From the NCBI GenBank assembly GCA_006226965.1, contig SBGQ01000018.1, positions 605-64,604 on the forward strand: DNA of 64,000 bases, given 5' to 3'. Both the position numbers and the translations under genes were made by a program. Below, piece by piece: positions 38,187 to 47,152 of the stretch. Below the pieces are notes generated by a model that was not told where the DNA came from, ran no database searches, and saw only the letters and a list, made by a program, of their open reading frames with translations. This DNA comes from a bacterium. Its GTDB lineage: Bacteria; Bacteroidota; Rhodothermia; Balneolales; M1805. Within the stretch, counting starts at the first letter, position 1. Each line of letters starts with the position of its first letter.

Positions 38187-39252
38187 ATTTGTTTATTTGA
38201 CTGTATTATCGTTATTGACTACAACATGTATTACATTAAATCCCGGTAAAAAGAGTTCATATAAAAGTGAAGCAGATTCACTAACGCATGTTCCATCATT
38301 ACCGGAAAATTATGATGCTGTTTTTCCAACAAAAGACCCGTCACCATTTTTTGAGGATTTATCGCAAATCGTAAAGCGGATTCAGGTAACGCTGTATTAT
38401 AAGACAACCTATTTTTCTGATGAACAGAATATCACGCCAAAAATGCTTCGGTATCAAAAACCAGATAGATTATCGAAGGATAGCCACATATTTAATTTTT
38501 CTAAAATTGGAACTGCAATTCCACTAGACAAGAACGCCGATGGCGTATTATTAATGACTTGTGCTCATGTAGTAGATGTTGAGGATACCGTTTATTCATA
38601 TAGAAAAGGCCCGAATGTTTTAAAGGATACTTATTTAAATAGTGTAACAGTACTACAAAAGGTTGAGTATTTCATTTTTGAGAGCCCAAAAGTTCATGAG
38701 TTTGAAATTATTGCAAAAGCAGAGAATTCAGACTTAGCATTAATTAGATCTTTATCAGGGGCAACATCAACAGAATCGGTAAAAATTCTCCCCTATAAAC
38801 TAGGCAATTCCAAACGATTACAATGGGGAAGTCACATTTTTATGTTTGGCTTCCCAATCAATAATAGGATGATAAGTCACGGGATTGTAAGTAAACCTGA
38901 GAAAGACGGAACCAATGGTTTTCTAACTAATGCTTATATGAACAAGGGGTTTAGCGGAGGATTAGTAGTTGCAGTTAGAGGTGATGTGCCAAACTTTGAA
39001 TGGGTAGGCGTTGCTAGTGCAATCTCATCAGAATATGAATATTCTATTGTGCCAAATAAGAACATTGAATCATATTTTGAATCAGGCCAATTATATACTG
39101 ATTCTTTATTTCTTGAGAAAAAACTTTCTATTAATCATGGAATAAGTAAATCTGTTTCCTCGGAAGAAATAAAAAAATTTATGGTTGATAGTGAAGGGCT
39201 ATTATTTAAACTAAGTTATAATTTAACCTCTTTTTACAGCGTAGAGGACTGA
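38173..39252 (+). CDS. Putative trypsin-like (S1/S1C-type) serine protease lipoprotein
   Basis: 359 aa with an N-terminal lipoprotein-like signal (VLSLLTTTC). The candidate catalytic triad is MTCAHVV (His), NSDLALIR (Asp) and NKGFSGGLVV (Ser). It overlaps the receiver gene by 14 nt. Confidence 0.55.
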   Translation: MQKSKFVYLTVLSLLTTTCITLNPGKKSSYKSEADSLTHVPSLPENYDAVFPTKDPSPFFEDLSQIVKRIQVTLYYKTTYFSDEQNITPKMLRYQKPDRLSKDSHIFNFSKIGTAIPLDKNADGVLLMTCAHVVDVEDTVYSYRKGPNVLKDTYLNSVTVLQKVEYFIFESPKVHEFEIIAKAENSDLALIRSLSGATSTESVKILPYKLGNSKRLQWGSHIFMFGFPINNRMISHGIVSKPEKDGTNGFLTNAYMNKGFSGGLVVAVRGDVPNFEWVGVASAISSEYEYSIVPNKNIESYFESGQLYTDSLFLEKKLSINHGISKSVSSEEIKKFMVDSEGLLFKLSYNLTSFYSVED

Positions 39253-39345
39253 AAAAACGCCTTGACTCATTAAAACGTCTTGTTTTACTAATTACGTTAA
39301 GATAGCTTACACGCTTCAAATTAAATCAAAAAAAGGAACAGATAC

Positions 39346-41316
39346 GTGTTGTTAAAAAATCTTCGATTTTTATCGTTTGGATTGTTTTTGGTAGCATGCT
39401 CAACTCAAATGCCACAACAAATGGCAGGTGAGTCGGGTACAGAAACAGACAGACCTATTCCATATCCTTTGGAAAAGCCGGAACAGTATACAAATGCTAT
39501 TAAAAAAGGTACAAGAACGGAATCGGGAGCTCCAGGAGATTCTTACTGGATTAATTCCGCGTCCTATGTAATTAATGCAAAGCTTTATCCGGCAGAGAAA
39601 AGAGTAGAAGCCACTGAAACCGTCCAATACACCAATAATTCACCTGATACATTGCGCTCAATCGGTGTAAATCTCAATCTAAATTGGCACAAGGAAGGTG
39701 CTATCAGAAATGAGATGGCTGAGGTGACCGGAGGAATGCCGCTCAGTTTGGTGAAGTTTAATGGTAAAGAGCTCACAGATACACTGAAACAAGGCCCTCG
39801 ATATCGACTAAACGGTACCTATATGGTTATAATTACCGGTGAACCGATTGCTCCGGGCGCAACCGTTAATCTGGAATTTGCATGGAAGTTTAAAGTTCCC
39901 AAAGAAGGCGCTTCCGGTAGAATGGGATGGTCGAAAGATAATTTATTCTATTTCGCATATTTCTATCCACAAGTTGCGGTTTACGACGATGTTATAGGCT
40001 GGCATTTAGACCAGTTTCAAGGAACAGCAGAATTTTATGCAGATTTCGCTGATTATGATGTAACTATTGAAGTGCCGGGTGATTGGTTAGTTATCGGAAC
40101 CGGTGAATTGACAAATGCTAAAAATGTATTGGCTGAGCCAGTTTATAACAGAATGCTCGAAGGGCATGCAAGCGATTCAGTTGTGCATGTAGTTACAGAA
40201 GCTGATTTTGGTGCAGCTGCCACAACCGGGTCTGAAAAAGATTGGTTGCGTTGGAACTTTAAATCTAAAAAAGTTCGTGATGTCGCATTTTCTATAACAA
40301 AAGAGTCGAATTGGGATGCAGCTCGTGCAAATGTCGGCGATTTAGACGGAGATGGTAAAGACGATTATTCCGCCATTAATACAATCTGGAGAAGCGAAGC
40401 TTTCCGTTGGGCGAAAGCTTGGGATTATGCTCGTCACTCAATCGAGTTTTTATCAAAATACACTACATTGAAATACCAATGGCCACATATGACAGCCGTT
40501 GAAGGCTCAGGAATTATTGGCGGTGGGATGGAATTTCCAATGATGACCATTATCGGTGATTACAGCCGTTCAAATGATCGTGGATTATATAGTGTAGTTG
40601 CGCATGAACTTGCGCATATGTGGGTTCCGTTAACCGTAAATAATAATGAGCGCCGTTATGCTTGGATGGATGAAGGAACAACTAGTTTCAATGAAAATCA
40701 GGCTGCACGTGAATATTTCGACGATCCCAATTCAGATCAGGGTGATTTGAGAGGATATTTATACGCTGCAAGAATGGGCATTGAAGGCGAAATTCTACGT
40801 TGGTCAGATTACCATTACAATGGATTTGCTTACGGAACGGCAAGTTACTCAAAACCATCAACCAACTTAAGAACATTACGCAATTTATTGGGCGAAGAAG
40901 TATTTAATAAAGCATACCACGAATATTTAAATCGTTGGAAATATAAACACCCTTACCCTTGGGATATGTTTGCTACGTTTAATGATGTTTCAGGGAAAAA
41001 TTTAGACTGGTTCTGGACGAGTTGGTATGCTGAAACGTGGACATTAGACCATGCCGTTGCTTCAGTTGTAGCCGGAAAAGACGGAACTGTAATTACGATT
41101 GAAGATAAAGGTGATGCCGTAATGCCCACTTGGTTTACTGTACATTTTGCTGATGGTACGAGCGAAGAAAAACAAATTTCTGAAAAAACGTGGTTGACCG
41201 GAGTTCGTTCAAAGTCGGTAACTATTCCTGCCGGTAAAACAGTTACAAAAGTTGAAATAGACCCCAAAGGCTTATTTCCAGATATTGATACCAAGAATAA
41301 TACTTGGCAGAAATAA
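39346..41316 (+). CDS. M1-family zinc metallopeptidase (aminopeptidase N-like), lipoprotein
   Basis: 656 aa with a GTG start. HELAHMW-X18-E (WMDEGTTSF) is the gluzincin HEXXH-X18-E signature. The signal is FLSFGLFLVACS. Confidence 0.8.
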   Translation: MLLKNLRFLSFGLFLVACSTQMPQQMAGESGTETDRPIPYPLEKPEQYTNAIKKGTRTESGAPGDSYWINSASYVINAKLYPAEKRVEATETVQYTNNSPDTLRSIGVNLNLNWHKEGAIRNEMAEVTGGMPLSLVKFNGKELTDTLKQGPRYRLNGTYMVIITGEPIAPGATVNLEFAWKFKVPKEGASGRMGWSKDNLFYFAYFYPQVAVYDDVIGWHLDQFQGTAEFYADFADYDVTIEVPGDWLVIGTGELTNAKNVLAEPVYNRMLEGHASDSVVHVVTEADFGAAATTGSEKDWLRWNFKSKKVRDVAFSITKESNWDAARANVGDLDGDGKDDYSAINTIWRSEAFRWAKAWDYARHSIEFLSKYTTLKYQWPHMTAVEGSGIIGGGMEFPMMTIIGDYSRSNDRGLYSVVAHELAHMWVPLTVNNNERRYAWMDEGTTSFNENQAAREYFDDPNSDQGDLRGYLYAARMGIEGEILRWSDYHYNGFAYGTASYSKPSTNLRTLRNLLGEEVFNKAYHEYLNRWKYKHPYPWDMFATFNDVSGKNLDWFWTSWYAETWTLDHAVASVVAGKDGTVITIEDKGDAVMPTWFTVHFADGTSEEKQISEKTWLTGVRSKSVTIPAGKTVTKVEIDPKGLFPDIDTKNNTWQK

Positions 41317-41335
41317 TTGGATTAGTTCCATTCTA

Positions 41336-41367
41336 AAGGCTGACTTGATACAAGTCAGCCTTTTTTG
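41336..41367 (+). terminator. Rho-independent terminator after the M1 peptidase gene
   Basis: GGCTGACTTG-ATA-CAAGTCAGCC (41338-41360) followed by TTTTTT. Confidence 0.75.
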
Positions 41368-41438
41368 TTTTCGGGAGTGCAACTATTTGGGTAAATAATC
41401 GAAAGTGCACCATTGTTTAACTCAAAAGGAAACGAATT

Positions 41439-41636
41439 ATGGCAAGTCAAAAACACGGAATTCCGGCAATCATTTCATTTTTTATTCCCGGATTAGGTCA
41501 GGCTATTAAAGGTCAATTCTTAAAAGGATTTCTTATTTGGGCAATTGGCGGAATTATATCCTTTTTCTTATGGTGGACATACATTATTCCTTTCATTATT
41601 TGGGCATGGAATGTGTACGATGCCTATAACTCGTAA
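41439..41636 (+). CDS. Small two-TM membrane protein
   Basis: 65 aa. The pattern IPGLGQAIKG ... WAWNVYDAY recurs in small bacterial membrane proteins. I cannot name the family with confidence. Confidence 0.45.
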   Translation: MASQKHGIPAIISFFIPGLGQAIKGQFLKGFLIWAIGGIISFFLWWTYIIPFIIWAWNVYDAYNS

Positions 41637-41649
41637 TCAAATAATCACA

Positions 41650-41988
41650 ATGGAAGAAAAATTTATAAGCTGGTCTGATTTTGAAAAAGTTGAAATGCGT
41701 GTAGGAACCGTTTTGTCTGCTGAAGTATTCAAAGAAGCAAAAAAGCCGGCTTATAAGTTGCTTATTGATTTTGGTGAATATGGAATAAAAAAGTCATCAG
41801 CTCAGATAACAAAACTGTATCACCCCGAAGAAATTATTGGAAAACAGATAATTGCAGTAGTGAACTTCCCGCCTAAACAAATTGCTAATATTCAAAGTGA
41901 ATGTTTAGTGCTTGGCGCTGTTCAATCGGATGAAGTTACCTTGTTAACATCGGATAAGCCCATTAAAAATGGATTGCGAATTGCATAG
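41650..41988 (+). CDS. csaA: tRNA-binding domain protein (CsaA/EMAP-like)
   Basis: SWSDFEKVEMRVGTVLSAEVF ... KPAYKLLIDFG ... SSAQIT ... NFPPKQIANIQSECLVLG match CsaA. I chose the start at 41650 to avoid overlap with the preceding gene. Confidence 0.8.
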   Translation: MEEKFISWSDFEKVEMRVGTVLSAEVFKEAKKPAYKLLIDFGEYGIKKSSAQITKLYHPEEIIGKQIIAVVNFPPKQIANIQSECLVLGAVQSDEVTLLTSDKPIKNGLRIA

Positions 41989-41990
41989 GC

Positions 41991-44900
41991 TTAGTTGCCG
42001 AATAAGTTTTTCAAGGCACCCTCAACGGCATCTCCCGCTTTCTTTTTCAGATACTCTGTTACCATTTTTTTGATGGCATCTGTATCGGTTTTTACCTGTG
42101 GTTTTTCACTGGAACCTGTGAGTTTTATAGGAATAATTACAGTGCCGTTTTTATTGGTCAGCGCATCAACTCCGTCTTTTGTAATCCATTTTGCTAACTG
42201 CGTATTGTAGGATTTCGGAAGAAAAAGACTCATGGCAAAGTTCATTTTGTCGTTCACTAAATCGTACGTTCCGTTTAATTCAGCACCGATATTGCCGGAC
42301 GTTAATTTCATGTTCGAAATGGTCATCAAGCCATTTTTAATCACGTAATTTGCCGTCCAGTTATCCAATGCAATATTACTCAACTCTTTGATACCGGATA
42401 AGTTGGCAACCTCAAGTTGTATCGGATGATTTTTGATTCGTGATTTAGTCATTCCAAAAGTTCCGGTGCCGTTACTGGTTTTTAAATCGGGACTCATCAA
42501 CGAATCAATTTCACTGAGATAACTCGCATTTATTTGAAGTCCACCGCTCACATATTGGTCGAGTTTACTGTCCTTGCCTGTAATTTTATACTCTTTGAAA
42601 AAAGATTCAGCCCGAACATTATTGATGTTTCCTTTGAAGTCGATTTTAGAACGAGTTGGTCTTAAAATGCTAAACACCATATTCCCATCAATACTTCCGC
42701 CAAAAACATCCACTTTTGCAGAATTTAAACGCACTTCTTTCGAATTCAGTTGAGCATCAGCTTTTAGCTGTTGCATGGGAACGCCCATTACGACTAAAGA
42801 TTCAGCCTGAGCATTTAATTTGGCTACGATAGCTGGTAATTCCAACAATAAAGGTTCTGTGCGATCTTCAGTTTCGGAATCCCAATCCATCCACTCATCA
42901 ACCTGAATCATTTTTGCATTAAATGAACCGTTTAAACTGGCTGTACCTTTCTGTTTTTCATCAATAAAAATTTTATAGTTATTTAGATCGCCCGTTAAAT
43001 TGAATTTTGTGGATGCACTCCATACATACAAGTTTTTTAGCTGAACGGTTTTATCAGAAAACACCAATTGTACGTCAATTTGATTAATTGGCTGAGGCAA
43101 GGAATCGTGCGTTACAGAGAATTTATTAAGTTGTACAGAACCTGAGTAAGCAATCTTTTGTATATCAAAGTCTAAACCTTTACCTGATAAATCCAAGTTT
43201 GTAATTGCGGTGCCGGAAATGTTTTTCAAACCTTCAATTTTGCCCGTAAAATCTTGGAGTTCATTCAGATAAACAGTTCCGCTCATGTTCATTTTGTATG
43301 ATGGAACTTCTTTCAAATAATTGGTAATTACACCTTTCAGCGTTAACTGGTTACTTTTTGTTTTGAATGATGCACTGCTCAGCGTTATCTGATTTTGATT
43401 TCCGCTTGCTTCAATAGTAATATTTTGAATGGGTTGAGGTAAAATCGCCATTTTTACTGCACCATTGCTCAATTTTACGGAACTTGTAATCGCTAATTTT
43501 TCGGGGTATGCGATGTTTCCTCGCGCTTGAATTTTTCCCGTTAACATTCCTGCCAATTGAATACTGTCAGGATTAAGCGGATAAAATTCTTTTATAGTTC
43601 CAAGGTTTAGACGAATGTCGGCAGTTGAATTAATAATACGATTGGCTTCAGAAAGAGGATTATCTAATGTTCCGGTAGCCGTTAACAAGTTTCCAGCTGC
43701 TTGCGCCTGTAATTCAGAAATCGTAACTCGTTTTGGGTTGGCTGTTACACGAACTTTAATATTCTCGATAGGTTTAGTTACTCCGGGGTATTGATATCGA
43801 ATAAAACCATTGTCTAATTGAACTTGAGCCGAATAATCGGTTTTCTCAAGCTCTGTACTTTTCCCTTTTGCAGTTGCCTGAACGGTTAATTTTCCGCGTA
43901 AATCTGCGATATCGAACTGCTTTATATCGTAGTAATTTTTTATGGTTGATAAATCTGCCGATATGGAACTTTTCAACGAATAAGTGATGCTTTCTTTAAG
44001 AATATCGTTTAGAGAGCCGCTTACTGACACTGAGTTAATACCGGCTTTCGCTTTTAATTGACTCAAGTTCACACGCTCATTATTTGCGGTAAAATCTACT
44101 TGAATATCAGTGATGGCTTCATAGCCGGGATATTTTACAAAACCGTCATTTATAGCCACGGTTGCCTCAAAATGGGGGATTTCTCCGCTTTTAATTTTTC
44201 CTATTAAAGCTGCTTTTAACGTTAAATTTCCTTTGGTTTCTATTCCTTTTATGTCAGCAGTATAGGCTTCCGGAATCAATTTTAACAGATTATTGAGATT
44301 TGGCGCTGAGCTGTTGAGTTCGATGTTAAGTTCAGGCTCTGTATCATTTAAATGGGTGATTTCACCCTGAATTCCCAAAGACAATCCTTCAATTTCAAGA
44401 TTCCCTTTAGTTAATTGAAGAGTACCGTTTTTTGCATCGAAAATAGATTCTTGAGTCAAGCCCAGTTTTAGATTGTTTACATAAACCGTTTGCTTGTCAC
44501 GCGCACTCAGGGCACCGATTTGAATAGATGTCTTGCTTTCTATTTTCTCATTTAATGATGCAGATAAACTGATATCCGTTTCAGCAATTAAAACCTTATA
44601 GCCGCTTTGGGCATCGTTGTAATCAATTTTTGCGTGCTCAATTTGAAATGCCTCAATTTGAATAGCAAATGATGCAGAACTGGTATCTGATGAAGATTCG
44701 GTTGTGGGGGATTCAGAACTGAATTGTTGCAGAAGTTTATCAATATTAGTTTTTCCCTTTGCATCTACGCTATACAAAATTTCAGGTGCTTTTGCCGTGA
44801 GTTGAGCAATCTCTAACTGTTTGTCTAACAATGGCATTAAGTGAATGCTAACCTGAACTTCATCAATCTTAATCAAATTGTTTTTTTCACTGTCGTCAGG

Positions 44901-45116
44901 AATGGCAACTTGCGAAAGACTTAGCGTTGCATTGGGAAAACTATTGAAAAGAGATAAACTTAATGTCTCAATCTGAACAGGTCTTCCTAATTGTTCTTCT
45001 GCAATAGGAAGTATGATTTCTCTTAGTTTTGCATCATTAAAATAAAATCCTGCGCCTATTGCCGCTACCACAACTAAGCCGATTAAGATTCCAAAAACAA
45101 TCAGTAATTTTTTCAT
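41991..45116 (-). CDS. AsmA-family outer-membrane biogenesis protein
   Basis: 1041 aa. It has an N-terminal TM anchor (LLIVFGILIGLVVVAAIGAGFYF), a long repetitive beta-rich body, and the AsmA-like C-terminus SGNIGAELNGTYDL... Confidence 0.7.
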   Translation of the reverse strand: MKKLLIVFGILIGLVVVAAIGAGFYFNDAKLREIILPIAEEQLGRPVQIETLSLSLFNSFPNATLSLSQVAIPDDSEKNNLIKIDEVQVSIHLMPLLDKQLEIAQLTAKAPEILYSVDAKGKTNIDKLLQQFSSESPTTESSSDTSSASFAIQIEAFQIEHAKIDYNDAQSGYKVLIAETDISLSASLNEKIESKTSIQIGALSARDKQTVYVNNLKLGLTQESIFDAKNGTLQLTKGNLEIEGLSLGIQGEITHLNDTEPELNIELNSSAPNLNNLLKLIPEAYTADIKGIETKGNLTLKAALIGKIKSGEIPHFEATVAINDGFVKYPGYEAITDIQVDFTANNERVNLSQLKAKAGINSVSVSGSLNDILKESITYSLKSSISADLSTIKNYYDIKQFDIADLRGKLTVQATAKGKSTELEKTDYSAQVQLDNGFIRYQYPGVTKPIENIKVRVTANPKRVTISELQAQAAGNLLTATGTLDNPLSEANRIINSTADIRLNLGTIKEFYPLNPDSIQLAGMLTGKIQARGNIAYPEKLAITSSVKLSNGAVKMAILPQPIQNITIEASGNQNQITLSSASFKTKSNQLTLKGVITNYLKEVPSYKMNMSGTVYLNELQDFTGKIEGLKNISGTAITNLDLSGKGLDFDIQKIAYSGSVQLNKFSVTHDSLPQPINQIDVQLVFSDKTVQLKNLYVWSASTKFNLTGDLNNYKIFIDEKQKGTASLNGSFNAKMIQVDEWMDWDSETEDRTEPLLLELPAIVAKLNAQAESLVVMGVPMQQLKADAQLNSKEVRLNSAKVDVFGGSIDGNMVFSILRPTRSKIDFKGNINNVRAESFFKEYKITGKDSKLDQYVSGGLQINASYLSEIDSLMSPDLKTSNGTGTFGMTKSRIKNHPIQLEVANLSGIKELSNIALDNWTANYVIKNGLMTISNMKLTSGNIGAELNGTYDLVNDKMNFAMSLFLPKSYNTQLAKWITKDGVDALTNKNGTVIIPIKLTGSSEKPQVKTDTDAIKKMVTEYLKKKAGDAVEGALKNLFGN

Positions 45117-45117
45117 A

Positions 45118-46116
45118 TTAGTAAGAGTTTAAAATTGCTTCCGCTGTATGTAATCCAGCCAACCATGCGCTTTCTACACGTCCGTTTATGAAAACATCTC
45201 CAGTAAACCAAAGTCTGTTGTAGTATTCATCACGCAAAAAAGATTTATTTACAATGTTACTTGGTTGAGAATAACGCCATTTATGAATAGCCGTTTTAAC
45301 CCATTTGCCAGGAACCAAACTTTTTAAATCGTCATATAAATCGGCTAAAATTATAGCATCCGATGCATCGAAATGTTCTTTACTGAAAGCAGGTGCTAAG
45401 TGTACAGTAACAGCTGTTATCGGACTGACATTTTTTTTCTTGTTATCGGCAGCCCATCGAATAGGATGCGTATCATCAAACCAAATACCGCCGGGTTCCG
45501 GAATGGTTGAATTGGTATCTGAAGCGATTAAAATAGCAATACAAGGATTGTATTTTTGTTGATTAAAAAAAGTAACGGTGCTGTCAGACGGGATAATTCC
45601 TGATAAATAACATAAGTCTAAAGATTGAGTGAGAGGCGCAGAGCAGACGAGCGTTTTTGCATAGAACGTATCGCCTTTTTCTGTAATTACTTCCCATGTC
45701 TCTTGAGTAGTTTCATGAAATTTTACCACCTTTTGCTGCTGATGAACCGTTAAGCCATTCGCCATTTGTTCACAGATAGCGCGCATGGTAGGAACACCTT
45801 TGTATCTGATTTTTTGCTCTCGGTGTTCGTTTTCGTTAGCCGAAGCAAAAATAGTTGACCATTTTTCAACCGCACCGTCTTTAATCCATCGATTTACCTG
45901 TTTTTGAAATTCAAGCTCATAAACCGTGAAATATTGAGCACCGTAGTCAAAAATGGCGGTTCCAATTGGTGTTTCTATATTCTTTGAAGCAGTTCTACCA
46001 CCGACTTTGAATCCTTTGTCGAGAACGCAGACTTTTAAACCTTCTTCATGTAACCGTTGAGCGCAGGAAAGTCCGCTTAAGCCGGATCCTATAATTAATA
46101 CATCATAAGTTTCCAT
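45118..46116 (-). CDS. FAD-dependent oxidoreductase (amine-oxidase/renalase-like)
   Basis: Rossmann motif YDVLIIGSGLSGLSCA...VLDKGFKVGGR. I chose the start at 46116 because the longer ORF would read through the terminator at 46127-46163. Confidence 0.75.
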   Translation of the reverse strand: METYDVLIIGSGLSGLSCAQRLHEEGLKVCVLDKGFKVGGRTASKNIETPIGTAIFDYGAQYFTVYELEFQKQVNRWIKDGAVEKWSTIFASANENEHREQKIRYKGVPTMRAICEQMANGLTVHQQQKVVKFHETTQETWEVITEKGDTFYAKTLVCSAPLTQSLDLCYLSGIIPSDSTVTFFNQQKYNPCIAILIASDTNSTIPEPGGIWFDDTHPIRWAADNKKKNVSPITAVTVHLAPAFSKEHFDASDAIILADLYDDLKSLVPGKWVKTAIHKWRYSQPSNIVNKSFLRDEYYNRLWFTGDVFINGRVESAWLAGLHTAEAILNSY

Positions 46117-46126
46117 GTTTATAACA

Positions 46127-46163
46127 TAAAAAAAGGTTGACCCGTTTGCACAAGTCAACCTTA
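46127..46163 (-). terminator. Rho-independent terminator of the 46181-46948 gene
   Basis: AAGGTTGAC (46133-46141) pairs with GTCAACCTT (46154-46162). On the minus strand it is followed by a 7-T run. Confidence 0.6.
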
Positions 46164-46180
46164 AAAAAATGTAATTAATC

Positions 46181-46948
46181 TTAAATACGTTCCATAACCA
46201 ACTCTTTACCGTTAGCCAAGATTTGTACAACCTTTAAAATAGAGCGAGTGTTTTTTGCAACGGTGTATGTTTTAGTGCCGGTTGAGTTAGAAATTTCAAC
46301 TATATAGGCGTTAGTTAATTGGTCGTTTCCAGCTTTAGTCTGTACTTCTCCTAGAACGGCTAATTTTTGATATTCAACATTTGATTCATTTTCAGTTGAA
46401 TATGTCCAGAATGTTGCTTGGTACCCAATGTTTAATGGCAACGATTGAACAACAAGGTCAGTTGATTGTTCATCAAAAGCCGGAGCCATTGTTTGGTAAG
46501 CAAATGTTGCAGTAGTGGAATTCATCATTACATTACCTTCAACACCTTCGCTTGTGTACGAAATTAATGTAACAGCCTTGTCGTCTTTATTAATTACGTA
46601 TTTAGGCTTAAGTGTTTTATCAGCCATCAATGCAACATCAGATTGCTCTTTTCCATTAATAAAAAGCTGTTCTTTTTTGATTCGGATATCAGACTGAGCT
46701 TTTGACTGAATTTTTCTCATTTGGTAGTTGTATAAACCAATCAAATGTCTGTTATTGTTTTCATCATTTTCATAAACAACATACTTATGGTTAAAATCAG
46801 AAATTTCTGATGTATTTAAAGTAGGATGGTTAGGTGTGATGATTTCAATTTTATTAGGATTGCGTTCGTTTTTATTCTCTTCTTGAATGGAATGTGAATT
46901 GGTTACGTGCAATCCCGAAATAGCTATGGCGAATATTAGAGTTTTCAT
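46181..46948 (-). CDS. Hypothetical secreted protein
   Basis: The signal peptide MKTLIFAIAISGLHV starts at the internal Met (46948). I recognise no family. Confidence 0.5.
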   Translation of the reverse strand: MKTLIFAIAISGLHVTNSHSIQEENKNERNPNKIEIITPNHPTLNTSEISDFNHKYVVYENDENNNRHLIGLYNYQMRKIQSKAQSDIRIKKEQLFINGKEQSDVALMADKTLKPKYVINKDDKAVTLISYTSEGVEGNVMMNSTTATFAYQTMAPAFDEQSTDLVVQSLPLNIGYQATFWTYSTENESNVEYQKLAVLGEVQTKAGNDQLTNAYIVEISNSTGTKTYTVAKNTRSILKVVQILANGKELVMERI

Positions 46949-47152
46949 AATGAAGGGGAGATTGAATAACAAGTTTGATTTTGATGGTGCCCTACGCAAG
47001 CCTCTAAAATCTTGTTGCACTAGAATGTTAAAAAACGTGTAAAAACACATAAAATCGCCGATAATCTTATTCGGTAAAGGAATTTAATTTTTCAGAAACT
47101 TTTCTTAAATAGTATCGAATAGGAGTTGGTTTTTTACTTATTTATTGAGGTT

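Noticed and set aside
41545-41649. N-terminal extension of the CsaA-like ORF that overlaps the 65-aa membrane-protein gene.
   Set aside because: The extension (MAELYPFSYGGHTLF...) is the out-of-frame shadow of the preceding gene. The conserved CsaA sequence begins at the Met at 41650.
46117-46230. Upstream extensions of the oxidoreductase ORF (to 46230) and of the neighbouring secreted-protein ORF (46949-47050).
   Set aside because: The first extension would read through a good terminator hairpin (46127-46163) and overlap the upstream gene. In both cases an internal Met gives a canonical N-terminus: a Rossmann motif in one and a signal peptide in the other.
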